Notes: a model not told the origin generated them from the letters alone. Counted from the stretch's first letter, positions 1 through 9,636 are shown. The stretch is 64,000 bases of DNA from an uncultured Candidatus Saccharibacteria bacterium (GCA_964372905.1 CAYJQY010000006.1:113-64112), one strand, 5' to 3'. Numbers and translations: made by a program.

Positions 1-17
1 CAACGCGCGGGGACGGG

Positions 18-764
18 ATGGCCAATCGCGGAAAGGCGCCGGCCGGCGCCACCCAAAAAATCCTGTTTGACTGCAGCGAGGGCGTGCGATTCCGGCTGGC
101 CCAAGCCGGCTATGATTACGCCGGCATTCATCATGTGGCCATAACCCATGCGCACACCGACCACAACGCCTTTCTGCACTATCTTCAGTCAGTCTACCTC
201 AAAGGCGCCTGGAGCGGCGAACAATTCAAGAATGATGAAATGCATCTCTATGCGCCGCGGCACATCATAAAAAACTTACCCGAACTTTGGCGATTTTACT
301 TCCAACAGCCCGGCGAACCGTTTTATAAATCCCCGGCGTTGAAATTTCATATCATGCCCGATGAAACCGCAATAATCGGCAACGGCAAACTTTCCGCGGT
401 CAAAGTTCATCACGAAGCCGGCTTTAGCGATGCCGTGGCTTTCCGTTTGGAAACGCCCGAAGGAATTTTTGTTTACTCGGGCGATACCGGCGAGTGCGAA
501 GGCATCCGCGCCATCAGCCAAGATGCCGATTTGTTTGTCTGCGAAGCCTCGGCAAGAATCGGAGATGAGCAATCGGCCACCAACTGGGGGCATTTGAATC
601 CGCGGCAGGCCGGCGCTATCGCCAAAAACGGCGGGGTAAAAAAATTAATTCTTTTTCACCACACGGGCCTGGATTCTGATGAAGCCATGTTGGCCGACTG
701 CCGCGCCTCGGGTTTTGCCAACGAAATTGTCATCGGCCAGGATTTTCAGGTTTTGGAAATCTAA
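18..764 (+). CDS. MBL-fold metallo-hydrolase (RNase Z / beta-lactamase-like)
   Basis: HxHxDH motif (HAHTDHNAF) followed by a later His/Asp ligand pattern typical of metallo-beta-lactamase-fold hydrolases; 248 aa. Confidence 0.7.
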   Translation: MANRGKAPAGATQKILFDCSEGVRFRLAQAGYDYAGIHHVAITHAHTDHNAFLHYLQSVYLKGAWSGEQFKNDEMHLYAPRHIIKNLPELWRFYFQQPGEPFYKSPALKFHIMPDETAIIGNGKLSAVKVHHEAGFSDAVAFRLETPEGIFVYSGDTGECEGIRAISQDADLFVCEASARIGDEQSATNWGHLNPRQAGAIAKNGGVKKLILFHHTGLDSDEAMLADCRASGFANEIVIGQDFQVLEI

Positions 765-846
765 CTTCCTAATCTGTCTCTATGCAGCGCCCGTGGAAAA
801 AATTAAGGGAGCTTTAGTTTACCGCGGCCGGAAGGATATAAAAATA

Positions 847-1764
847 TTACTTCAAAAAAACCACATCCATATATCCTGTGGTGTTTTCGGGATTGCCGGT
901 GAACTCGTAGGAGTTGGCGCGGCGGAAAATATAAGGGCGCGTTTCGTTCCAGGCCCGGGCCAGGGCCAGGGCCAAGCGCACGGCCGCGGGCGAATCAAGG
1001 TGCTGGGCCGTAATTTTTTCGCCCTGCATTTGCTCAATGTAATGAGCGGCTTCCTCGTCGCTTTTATTAGCCACGGCAACTGGCTGGTAATGGTTAAAGT
1101 CCACGCTCACAACCACCGCAATGTTGGAATAAGATACCAAAACTTTCTGCACACTTTCAAGCATATCCGGTGGGACGGTGGGAGCAAAAAGCAGCGGCAC
1201 AATAGTAGCATCGGGAAATAATTTTTTGATGAACACCGCTTCCACGGCCATGGAATGTTCCCCGTCAAAACAGGCATCGTCAATTTTAATTTCATGCTGG
1301 AGCAGTTGGCCAACAATATCTAAATTAACGGTTAGCTCGCCAAAAGGGGTGCGATAAGAACGCCGGGTCGTGGATAGCGGTGCCTGGCAGTGGAGATAAT
1401 GATCCGGCCCCATGATGATAAAAGTATCGCGAGGGCCCGGCGCGGCCTGGAATGTCTTATAAAACTCCGCAATGACCGGTGCGGCCGTGGGCAAATGGTG
1501 GCTGGTTATGCCAATGCGCGTTTCCCCGCTGACCGGTTGAGTCGCCGCACGGTCCAGACTCTGATTGATGAGACTGCCCAACGAGGTTAAATCAAGTCCA
1601 GAACCTGCGGTACCATCTATCCAATTCGCAGCCGCAGGCAGAGACGGCTCGGACGGCGCAACAGATAGCGGTCCGTGTTTGGAAACAAGTGCTAACGCTG
1701 CAACAATACCAACCATTATTAAAACTGCGGCCAGCGGTCGAATAAGCGTCCGAGAATCTTTCAT
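847..1764 (-). CDS. MEMO1 / AmmeMemoRadiSam system protein B family protein with N-terminal TM anchor
   Basis: MGPDHY and later HS...E motifs characteristic of the Memo/extradiol-dioxygenase class III fold. An N-terminal hydrophobic helix suggests membrane anchoring. Confidence 0.6.
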   Translation of the reverse strand: MKDSRTLIRPLAAVLIMVGIVAALALVSKHGPLSVAPSEPSLPAAANWIDGTAGSGLDLTSLGSLINQSLDRAATQPVSGETRIGITSHHLPTAAPVIAEFYKTFQAAPGPRDTFIIMGPDHYLHCQAPLSTTRRSYRTPFGELTVNLDIVGQLLQHEIKIDDACFDGEHSMAVEAVFIKKLFPDATIVPLLFAPTVPPDMLESVQKVLVSYSNIAVVVSVDFNHYQPVAVANKSDEEAAHYIEQMQGEKITAQHLDSPAAVRLALALARAWNETRPYIFRRANSYEFTGNPENTTGYMDVVFLK

Positions 1765-1766
1765 TA

Positions 1767-4700
1767 TTATTTTATCTCGACTTGCGCAGCTGGGCTGATA
1801 TTGAGAACATTCAGGTCCCTGGTCGACTGAATCAATGCCGGATTGGCGCCAAAGTCACCTTTGCTGACCACGCGCGCAAAATAGTTAATAGTGAGTTTGG
1901 AACAATTGGGCGGCGGAAAATAACGGTAGACATTAAAGTAGAGGGCATTATTTTCAATGACCGAAGGATACCACGAAGCATTGCAGTCATTCGGCAAGCT
2001 TAAACCATAGGAGTACGGCTGGGTGATAGGCTTAAGGCCGGAAGGCAGAAAGTCAACGACCTGGTATTCGCCCTCCAAAGCCTGACTGCTGATTTGCGGA
2101 GTTAACACCACACGAACGATGTCGCCGTCACGGAATGAGGTGGTAGCTTTACCATCAACCATATAAGCCCGGCTAACGCTAATGGTGCCATCTTTCTTCA
2201 AAGCCGCGGGGTCCTGACCCCGTTCAAAGTAACTGGTCACGGCAACCTGGCCGGACACTCCGGAAAAACGCAGGCGCGCCAAGTCATCCAAGGACAATGT
2301 CCGCCGGAAGCTTTGGCCGTTTTTCAGTTCGAGAGTTTCAGTTTTATCCCCGATGGTATAACTGAACTTGGCCGATTCAGCGCTGGTGCGGGAAAGTTCC
2401 GAACGCAAGATAAGTACCCGTTCCAAAACATCAAGATCGCGCTCGGGATAATGATTCTGGAGATACTCCCACATCCCAGCGGTATCATCTTTGATGCCGA
2501 GCAAAGAACTCAATTCAGCCATGCTCGCGGTGAGCTTAACTTTTTTGGTGATATCGGTCTCCAAATCCAAGGATTTTTCCGGGCCGTGCGAATCCAGATG
2601 TCCTTGAAGCGCATCAAAATAAATCATGCGGGCATTTTCCAGGTCGCCAAATTTGGCAAAAGCCAAAGCAACATAAAGTTTGTCCGTTGGCGTCAAATCT
2701 TTACTTTGGGCAAAAACTTTTAACAACACTAGGGCCGAAGCCTTGAGACTGGCCAAGCCATAATAGGCCAAGGCCTGCCGGTGAATATCGGTTTTTTCAT
2801 CCTTCAAAGACATTCTAAAATATTCGATAACAGATTGGCGGTACACCATGTCCGGCACCAAGTCAGCAACCTTAGCTGACAATTCTAATTCCGGATCAGA
2901 ATAGCTAAACAAAGCGATACCCCCGCTCCCGGTCTGGTAAGCACCGAGGTCAAGACTTTCAGGTTTGTCTTCGCCAAAGTAGTCTACGAGCAACTGACGG
3001 GCGGCGAAACTGGCCGCTTGCTGGTCAGAGCGAACCCCGCCGTAGGCCAGATTTCGCGTGGCAGCATAGTACCGGCCGCGGCCAGCATCGCTAAACAACA
3101 GCTCGGTAAACCCGTTTTGGTTGCCGGCTATTCCGGTGAGCGACGAAGCCACAGTATACACTTGGCTTTCCCCTGTCTTAAAGTAACTTTTGGCCACATG
3201 GATAGTCCGGACAATGCCGTCGCGCAAATCGCCTTGGCTCGCGGCAATGTGCAGTGCGTGGTCGCCTTCCGGAAGCGCGCCCAAAGGAATGTTCCATTCA
3301 TTATCGCTAGTCCGTTGTTTGGCATTGAGTTTCAAAGTGTCGCTAGTCATACTGTAATCTTTAGCTGCGCCGCTTAGGCCCGTGCCGAAAACTCGCACGC
3401 GTAAGGTCGGACGGTCGCCGACCAGATATTGCTGGTTCATGGTCGCTTCAACAAAGAACGGCAAAGTTGTTTTCACCAGCTTCTCGGCATCCCCAGCCTT
3501 AAGGTTGTCGGGATCAAAAGCCTGGGCAGTCACACGCCAGGAAGTTATATTGTCAGGGCTGGTAAAGCTCAAATGAGCCTTGCCGTTTTCATCGGTTTGC
3601 AGAATTTCGTAGGTTGCGGTATCAAGGAAATTACTGCGCTCGCTGCTGCCGCCTTTTTCTGCATTGTGGACATAGAAATTGTCCGCAAAATAAGTATGAT
3701 AATTACCAACCACAATATTGTAGACTTCGGTGTTGGGCTGAATCACGGTTTCAAGCGAAGTAATGGGCACGCTCGCGCCCGAGGCCAAGAGCAGCGTGTC
3801 GCCTTCGTGCACGTTGCCCGCCGGCTTCCACGAACCGTTGCTGAATATGGTGTGTTCCGGAGTCACTCGCAATTTTTGGTTGATGATGAGGTAATCGCCA
3901 ACCATATGGCTGGAAATTCCCTGGACCACGGCTTTGGCCAGCGTGCCGTTGCGGTCAGACTTGCGCGTCACGATCTCGTCACCGACGCGGATTTGTTCAA
4001 TCGGCTTGCTGCGGCCATTGGCCATAAGTATTTGCGTGCCGGCCAGGAAACAGCCGCCCTTTTCCGCGCCACCGAACTGATTAGGCGTGCCGAGAAGACC
4101 AAAATAGGAAGCCCCGGTCAAAGGCAAAACGTAAATATTCTGGTATAGCCTCGGCAAAATTGACTCCCGATAATCGTAGGGCAAAACATGGAAAATGGCT
4201 TCGTCTACCGCCGCCACGTTAAGCTCGGAACGGACTCCGCGTTTATCTTTATCGGTTACGGCAAAATCAATATTGATCTGCTCGCCCGGCTTGTAAGCAT
4301 CTTTGTCCGATTTGATGTCAATATTCAGCTTCCTATCCTCTTCTTTATACGAAGCATAAATGCTATTGGTCTCAACAAAACCGTAGGGCCCAAGCACTAC
4401 AGCTCGGTACTGGACATTGGGCAGAAAATCCTGGCCGAATGTTTCGCTGAAAGCCAAATCTTGCTGGATGGAAATTCTCGAAATGTTGTTTTGGTAGCGA
4501 TAGAACAGGACATTGGCCCCCGGCTGGAGCTTGCCCTCCTGGACTCCGAGGGTTAAATTGACCTGCTCGCCGACACTGTAATCTTTACTGTAAATCTCAT
4601 CCTTAGTGCCGCCGACAATGCGCAAGTCTACGGCAAACGGATTATTAGGATCATAGGTTTGATAGCCGGCAAAGACTCCAAAACCGTAAGCGCTAAATTC

Positions 4701-7280
4701 AACCTCCAGCTTTCTGCCCTCTCGGTCCTGGCCGTTAATATTCAGCAGGTAATAACCGTTTTCAAGTTTGGGTAAATCTTTCTGGAAGATCCATTCTCCA
4801 TTATTGTCCGTGGTGCCGCTGAAAGAATCAAAACCATCGCGGTGCTCCTCATACCGGTAAAGTTTATACACAATTTTATTGATAGGGTCGTAAGCATCTC
4901 CAGTCTCAACTGGGGTATAGTAGACTTTGATAATTTTGGCCGACAGTGGGTGGCCAGAAACTGGTGGGCCGAAAGAATCGTAACTGTAAAAGTCGCTTGG
5001 GGCAGCAGAATTTTGTTGCAAGACAATATCATTGAGCTTGGCCTTAAATGTGTGCTGGGTGCCCTGCTGTTTGTCTTGGTAGCCCTGGAGATACATATGC
5101 GGACCGAACACTAAAACCGAAGCCTCGGCGTAAATTTCTCCCTCTTCGGCAGCTTGTGGCGCAAAACTCAACATCAATGATCGCGGATAAAAAATATTAG
5201 AACCTTCAATGTATTCCGGAGTTAGCGCGACCGAAGCCTCGCCGTTTTGATTCAGCTTGACCTGGCCGGAAATATCAGAATTCCAGTAACCTCGGTAGTC
5301 CAAAGTCATGTTGGGAACAGGCGTCCCATCAAAAAAAGCAGCTTTAACTTTAAATTCTACGGGCTGTCCGGCAAAAATCTGATCTTTAGAAACAGTAGTA
5401 GTGAGCTGATAAGCCGGCTTGGTATAAGTTTGGACTTCAATGTTGGTGTTAGCCACGACATCAGTGCCATTGAGCACGACCAACGAATAAGTTTGCGGTC
5501 TTAGTCCCTGAAAGTGCAATTCGCCCTGGAAGGTATCAAAATTTGAGACCAAGACATCAGCAGAAACAAGAGGCTTGTTATCTGGCCTTAAAGTATCGCC
5601 TGTATAATAATAGCCTTCAAACAGGCCGACCGTAAGTTTTTTCTCACGCAGATCTTGGGTTCTGCCTTTAGCCACGCCCCAAATTTTTACCGTATCGCTG
5701 ACCTGATAAACCGGCCGGTCAACGGAAATGAATTTCCAATACTGGTCGCCTGTGGGCAAAGTCCCATACCAGCCATCTATAACTTTCACATAAACGGGCT
5801 GACTGGCCGGGATGTCCAGCTTAAAGAAGCCGGGGGTGGTCGGCCCTGATTCATCTTGCAGGACTTGAGGCGGGCTGAACTCGACCAAGCCTTGCGCGTT
5901 GGTGATGCCTAAGCCTCCGCTACTTCCCGCGCCCACAAAAGAAGCTTTGGCTTCCGCAATCGGCGCTTTTTTGCTGAAGTCATACAGCCAGATAAAACCT
6001 TTGTCATGGGTTAAGGAAAAATAATGGGCCGAGTCCGTTATCTGCAGCCACATTTGCCGCCGATTTTGGCCGAACGTAACATCGATAACATAGTATCCTG
6101 GGGCTAGCGCCTGCGGCAGTTCAAAAAAATTTTGGTAATTGACCGTTTGTATGTTGGGCTTGAAGCTGGCTACTTTATTGGCCTTGCCGGGATCAAACAA
6201 AGTGCCGCCGTGGCGATAAAAATTGGTCCAGCCCCACTCCCAGTTGCGGCTATTTTGATAAGAAGTGATAAAATCATCGCCGTTGGCAAGGCGGTAGACA
6301 TCGGCCAAGCTAATTTCTTTGCCCGGGTCAAAGTTATAATAGTAGACAGACAGGGCCGGCTTATTGCTCGGCAGGAATTCGGCAAAATCATTCTGGAAAT
6401 CAAAATACGAAGTATTGCTGCCCTCGTTGCTGCTGGTCTCAAAACTAAAACTAAAATCCTTGTCCAGCTTATCCTCGCTTCCGCTAATCCCTAAACCCTT
6501 GCGGACCGTAACGGTGTAGACCTTGCTTTCTGCAAAACCGCTCGGTACGAAGACCAAGGTATCGTCATGAACTTCAAAACGGCCGGAAACCCTGGGATTT
6601 ATTTCAAAATAATTTTCCGGGTTGGTCAGACCTTCGCGGTTAAATGTAAGTTCGACCCCGGAATTTATCGGCACGAAAGTTCCCTTATTGGCAGGAAAAG
6701 TTTTTATAATCTGAAAAGGCGCTTTAATCTGAAAAGCCCAAGAATATTCCCGATCAGCATAATCGGGATTAGTAATCGCAACTGTGTAGATGGAATCGCC
6801 GGCCAGCGGTTGCTGGGGCGTTAATTCGTAGGCGGAACTAGTGGCGGGAGCATTGGCCGCGAAGACTTCTTTGATAAAAATACCAATGAGATTAAGGCCG
6901 GCAACTTTCTTGACCGAAAAATCCGCTTCAGGACTAAATTTAACAATTTTCTTTATGGCCTGGGTCGACAGCGGCTGGTCGCTTCTTAATGTGAACGATG
7001 TATTCGGCTGCGTTCCAGCCGCATCTTCCTGCTTGGCACTTAATGTAAATTTGGCCGGGTGCGCCGGTTTGGCAAAATAAGTTCGGTAAACAAACCAACC
7101 CGCTACGAGCACAATTACTCCCAGCACAACGCCGGCAATGGCTTTTTTATTTTTGAAATGTGAGGCGAGAGGGCCTCGTGACGCATTCGCAGGCACTGGT
7201 TGTTGCGGAGCCGGGGTCATGCCTGGCGATAGAGGAGCTTGGGGGGCGAAGCTGTCTTCCAACGACTCAATTTCGTTCAT
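1767..7280 (-). CDS. giant (1837 aa) membrane-anchored surface protein with embedded Hint/BIL domain; possible thioester-less alpha-2-macroglobulin-like architecture
   Basis: Single N-terminal TM helix after a short cytoplasmic N-terminus, then a long beta-rich ectodomain with MG-like segments. A C-terminal receptor-binding-like segment (EYQVVDFLPSGLKP) is present and no CxEQ thioester motif is seen. The Hint domain begins CFLAGTQIL and ends FYVHN. Confidence 0.55.
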   Translation of the reverse strand: MNEIESLEDSFAPQAPLSPGMTPAPQQPVPANASRGPLASHFKNKKAIAGVVLGVIVLVAGWFVYRTYFAKPAHPAKFTLSAKQEDAAGTQPNTSFTLRSDQPLSTQAIKKIVKFSPEADFSVKKVAGLNLIGIFIKEVFAANAPATSSAYELTPQQPLAGDSIYTVAITNPDYADREYSWAFQIKAPFQIIKTFPANKGTFVPINSGVELTFNREGLTNPENYFEINPRVSGRFEVHDDTLVFVPSGFAESKVYTVTVRKGLGISGSEDKLDKDFSFSFETSSNEGSNTSYFDFQNDFAEFLPSNKPALSVYYYNFDPGKEISLADVYRLANGDDFITSYQNSRNWEWGWTNFYRHGGTLFDPGKANKVASFKPNIQTVNYQNFFELPQALAPGYYVIDVTFGQNRRQMWLQITDSAHYFSLTHDKGFIWLYDFSKKAPIAEAKASFVGAGSSGGLGITNAQGLVEFSPPQVLQDESGPTTPGFFKLDIPASQPVYVKVIDGWYGTLPTGDQYWKFISVDRPVYQVSDTVKIWGVAKGRTQDLREKKLTVGLFEGYYYTGDTLRPDNKPLVSADVLVSNFDTFQGELHFQGLRPQTYSLVVLNGTDVVANTNIEVQTYTKPAYQLTTTVSKDQIFAGQPVEFKVKAAFFDGTPVPNMTLDYRGYWNSDISGQVKLNQNGEASVALTPEYIEGSNIFYPRSLMLSFAPQAAEEGEIYAEASVLVFGPHMYLQGYQDKQQGTQHTFKAKLNDIVLQQNSAAPSDFYSYDSFGPPVSGHPLSAKIIKVYYTPVETGDAYDPINKIVYKLYRYEEHRDGFDSFSGTTDNNGEWIFQKDLPKLENGYYLLNINGQDREGRKLEVEFSAYGFGVFAGYQTYDPNNPFAVDLRIVGGTKDEIYSKDYSVGEQVNLTLGVQEGKLQPGANVLFYRYQNNISRISIQQDLAFSETFGQDFLPNVQYRAVVLGPYGFVETNSIYASYKEEDRKLNIDIKSDKDAYKPGEQINIDFAVTDKDKRGVRSELNVAAVDEAIFHVLPYDYRESILPRLYQNIYVLPLTGASYFGLLGTPNQFGGAEKGGCFLAGTQILMANGRSKPIEQIRVGDEIVTRKSDRNGTLAKAVVQGISSHMVGDYLIINQKLRVTPEHTIFSNGSWKPAGNVHEGDTLLLASGASVPITSLETVIQPNTEVYNIVVGNYHTYFADNFYVHNAEKGGSSERSNFLDTATYEILQTDENGKAHLSFTSPDNITSWRVTAQAFDPDNLKAGDAEKLVKTTLPFFVEATMNQQYLVGDRPTLRVRVFGTGLSGAAKDYSMTSDTLKLNAKQRTSDNEWNIPLGALPEGDHALHIAASQGDLRDGIVRTIHVAKSYFKTGESQVYTVASSLTGIAGNQNGFTELLFSDAGRGRYYAATRNLAYGGVRSDQQAASFAARQLLVDYFGEDKPESLDLGAYQTGSGGIALFSYSDPELELSAKVADLVPDMVYRQSVIEYFRMSLKDEKTDIHRQALAYYGLASLKASALVLLKVFAQSKDLTPTDKLYVALAFAKFGDLENARMIYFDALQGHLDSHGPEKSLDLETDITKKVKLTASMAELSSLLGIKDDTAGMWEYLQNHYPERDLDVLERVLILRSELSRTSAESAKFSYTIGDKTETLELKNGQSFRRTLSLDDLARLRFSGVSGQVAVTSYFERGQDPAALKKDGTISVSRAYMVDGKATTSFRDGDIVRVVLTPQISSQALEGEYQVVDFLPSGLKPITQPYSYGLSLPNDCNASWYPSVIENNALYFNVYRYFPPPNCSKLTINYFARVVSKGDFGANPALIQSTRDLNVLNISPAAQVEIK
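3663..4052 (-). other. Hint / bacterial intein-like (BIL) domain inside the giant protein
   Basis: Translation reads GGAEKGG|CFLAGTQILMANG...TPEHTIFS...NIVVGNYHTYFADNFYVHN|AEKGG. An N-terminal Cys and a terminal His-Asn are present, with no homing-endonuclease insert (~130 aa). The +1 residue is Ala, which matches a BIL domain better than a splicing intein. Confidence 0.75.
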
Positions 7281-7365
7281 ATAAATTCAATTAAAATTAG
7301 TAGTCTAATTAGCCCTAATTGTACAACCAAGCCGAATTTTATACAAACTCTCTTGCTGTAACTGC

Positions 7366-8619
7366 TCACTCTGTTTCGGAATAGTCGCGATAGTTTTTTA
7401 GCATATCGCCGAAATAATCATATTGAATGGCCGTGCGGATTTTTTCCATTAAGTTGAGATAGAACCGCAGGTTGTGCATGGTGGCCAATCTTGTGCCTAG
7501 CATTTCGCCGGTCGCGAATAAGTGCCGCAGATAGGCGCGGGTGTGATTGAGGCACAAATAGCAGTTGCATGTCGGATCAACGGTGTTAAAATCTTCCTTA
7601 AATTTTTCTAAACGGATGTCCAGGGTTTCGTAGCCTTCCACGGCGCTGCTTTGGCCGGCCGTGCCTCGGCTATCTTTTTCCTGCGGGGCGCTTTCCGTTC
7701 CACGGCGGGCGGCCCCGCCGCCGCGGCGCGCGCTAATATACAGCTTCCCGTGGCGCGCCTCCCGTGTCGGGATCACGCAATCAAACAAATCGCAGCCGCG
7801 GCTTACCGCCTGGACTATGTCAAACGGCGTGCCCACGCCGAGCAAGTGTTTCGGCGCAGCCTCGGGCAGGTGCGGCATCGCGGCTTCCACGGCTTTCAGC
7901 ATTTCTTCCTGCGGCTCGCCCACGGCCACGCCGCCGATGGCAAAGCCCTCAAAGCCCAGCGCGACCATGTCGCGCGCCGACTGCTCGCGCAAATCCGGAA
8001 AACTCGCGCCCTGCACAATGCCCCACAATTTTTGGCCCGGGTTGATTGGGTCGCCGCTTTTCAATATATGCCGATGCTCGCGCACGGCCCGCTCGGCCCA
8101 ACGCGCAGTTAAAGCCACGGCCTCTTCCGCGCGCTTGCGCTCAAACGGGTAGCCGGGAAAATCGTCCAGAATTAAAGCGATGTCACTGCCCAAATTGGTC
8201 TGAATGTCTACGGATTTTTCCGGCGATAAAATTTCCTGCTTGCCGTCCAGATCAAACTGGAATAAAACGCCGGCCTCCATAACTTTGCGCATCTTGGCCA
8301 AAGAAAAAACCTGGAAGCCGCCGGAGTCGGTGAAAATCGGCCCTTTCCAGTTCATGAATTTATGCAGACCACCGGCTTTGTAAATCAGCGCGTCGCCAGG
8401 GCGTTGCCAGAGATGATAGGTGTTGGTCAAAATAATGTCCGCGCCCCAAAATTTCAGCTCTTCGCTGGTTACAGCCTTAACGGTGCCGCGCGTGCCAATA
8501 GGCAGGAACGCGGGAGTGCGAACGGCGCCGTGTCCGGTGTGAATTATGCCAGTGCGGGCATGCAAGACGGCGCGGGTGCGGCTAGCCGAATCTTTTTTCA
8601 AAATCTCAAAATAAGACAT
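7366..8619 (-). CDS. tgt: queuine tRNA-ribosyltransferase (tRNA-guanine transglycosylase)
   Basis: The N-terminus (TPAFLPIGTRGTVKAV) matches Tgt, as do the catalytic Asp regions and the C-terminal zinc site CxCxxC...H (CNCYLCLNHTRAYLRHL). A ~45-aa Gly/Arg/Ser-rich insertion is present. Confidence 0.9.
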   Translation of the reverse strand: MSYFEILKKDSASRTRAVLHARTGIIHTGHGAVRTPAFLPIGTRGTVKAVTSEELKFWGADIILTNTYHLWQRPGDALIYKAGGLHKFMNWKGPIFTDSGGFQVFSLAKMRKVMEAGVLFQFDLDGKQEILSPEKSVDIQTNLGSDIALILDDFPGYPFERKRAEEAVALTARWAERAVREHRHILKSGDPINPGQKLWGIVQGASFPDLREQSARDMVALGFEGFAIGGVAVGEPQEEMLKAVEAAMPHLPEAAPKHLLGVGTPFDIVQAVSRGCDLFDCVIPTREARHGKLYISARRGGGAARRGTESAPQEKDSRGTAGQSSAVEGYETLDIRLEKFKEDFNTVDPTCNCYLCLNHTRAYLRHLFATGEMLGTRLATMHNLRFYLNLMEKIRTAIQYDYFGDMLKNYRDYSETE

Positions 8620-8677
8620 AAACGCAGTTTAACAAAACAGCGCTGCACCCTGCAACGCTGTGGTTATAAACAACAGT

Positions 8678-8947
8678 CTATCTACCGGCAGATGCGGTCT
8701 TGGGAACTCCCTTGTCATAACGATGGCTGTGTAACAAATGTGTTTTGCCGCGCGCCACTGCCTCAATAATCTCTCTGGCGTCGCTGGCATCACTGGAATA
8801 AGGATGAATTGCGTATTGCCCATCCTGGTTTCGAAATAATTTTGCTCCAGTATCCAACATGACTTCACGGCCTTCATCAAACTCGCGATTCATCTCTGCT
8901 ATTTCCTCTGAAGAGCCAGCAATGGCCCCTACTTCGTCATTGCTCAA
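8678..8947 (-). CDS. hypothetical protein
   Basis: Open reading frame only; no recognisable motif. Confidence 0.25.
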   Translation of the reverse strand: MSNDEVGAIAGSSEEIAEMNREFDEGREVMLDTGAKLFRNQDGQYAIHPYSSDASDAREIIEAVARGKTHLLHSHRYDKGVPKTASAGR

Positions 8948-8971
8948 AAAAACTGGCCGACCCTGTTCATA

Positions 8972-9538
8972 TTAGTCTCGCGCTTTATATAGACTTTCAA
9001 TATCTGAAAAGTCACCAGCAATTATTTTTCTATCGTTGTCTTTGCCGTTACCTACTGGTAAGCCACCTCTCTGATGTCGCTGCAAGCTAGAATCAAGCGT
9101 ATACTCCCAAGCATGGGGGTCCTTAGATGCTCTTCTAATAGTTGGGTTTTGAGTCCGTGCGTGCTTGCCAACAGGTTCTCTACCATGTCTGCCGTGTTTG
9201 CCCGGCAAGCCTCGCCTACCCTCGCGCAAATGACCTTCCCTATAACTTCTGCTATCTCGGTCGTTCCAGATATCATCTTTTTTTGACTCGTTAACCTCAT
9301 CCGCCGCAGAACCTTGGATCGCCCGCAAATCAGCTTCGGGCCTTATCTCAACATAAGACATGCTTTCAGCGTGCCCAGGGCGATCTTTTGGCGCCAAACT
9401 TAAGTGCGGTGCGGGTTTGCTCTGTCTTTCTGGGTTTCTTTTTTTTAATTGCATTGAATCTAATCTTTCTTCTCTCTGATCTTTATAGTTCGGATTGAAA
9501 ACTTTTCCCCAATTTATTCTCTCCCCGGGTCTCGGCAT
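8972..9538 (-). CDS. hypothetical highly charged (Arg/Lys/Asp/Glu-rich) protein
   Basis: 188-aa ORF with disordered-looking composition, preceded by a consensus sigma70-type promoter. Confidence 0.45.
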   Translation of the reverse strand: MPRPGERINWGKVFNPNYKDQREERLDSMQLKKRNPERQSKPAPHLSLAPKDRPGHAESMSYVEIRPEADLRAIQGSAADEVNESKKDDIWNDRDSRSYREGHLREGRRGLPGKHGRHGREPVGKHARTQNPTIRRASKDPHAWEYTLDSSLQRHQRGGLPVGNGKDNDRKIIAGDFSDIESLYKARD

Positions 9539-9579
9539 AAATTTTATTTTTTAGTTTCTAACATTTTACTCTTTTATAC

Positions 9580-9608
9580 ATTATAGCATAAATTTGATAA
9601 TCTTGCAA
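9580..9608 (-). promoter_or_regulatory. sigma70-like promoter (TTGCAA-17-TATAAT with TGc extended -10)
   Basis: Minus-strand reading TTGCAAgattatcaaatttaTGCTATAATg. The -35 box is at 9603-9608 and the -10 box at 9580-9585, with 17-nt spacing, about 40 nt upstream of the 9538 start. Confidence 0.6.
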
Positions 9609-9636
9609 ACCAAAATTACAAAATTTTCCTGCTTTT

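Noticed and set aside
3663-4052. Canonical self-splicing intein interrupting a housekeeping gene.
   Set aside because: The +1 residue is Ala, not Cys/Ser/Thr. No endonuclease domain is present, and the host is a surface protein rather than a typical intein host (DnaB, RecA, RIR). BIL-type Hint domain is the better description.
2313-4556. Plus-strand ORFs of 120-240 aa (2313..2723, 3018..3377, 3429..4148, 4188..4556) antisense to the giant surface-protein gene.
   Set aside because: They are shadow ORFs inside a long, well-supported minus-strand CDS. They have no motifs and no plausible starts.
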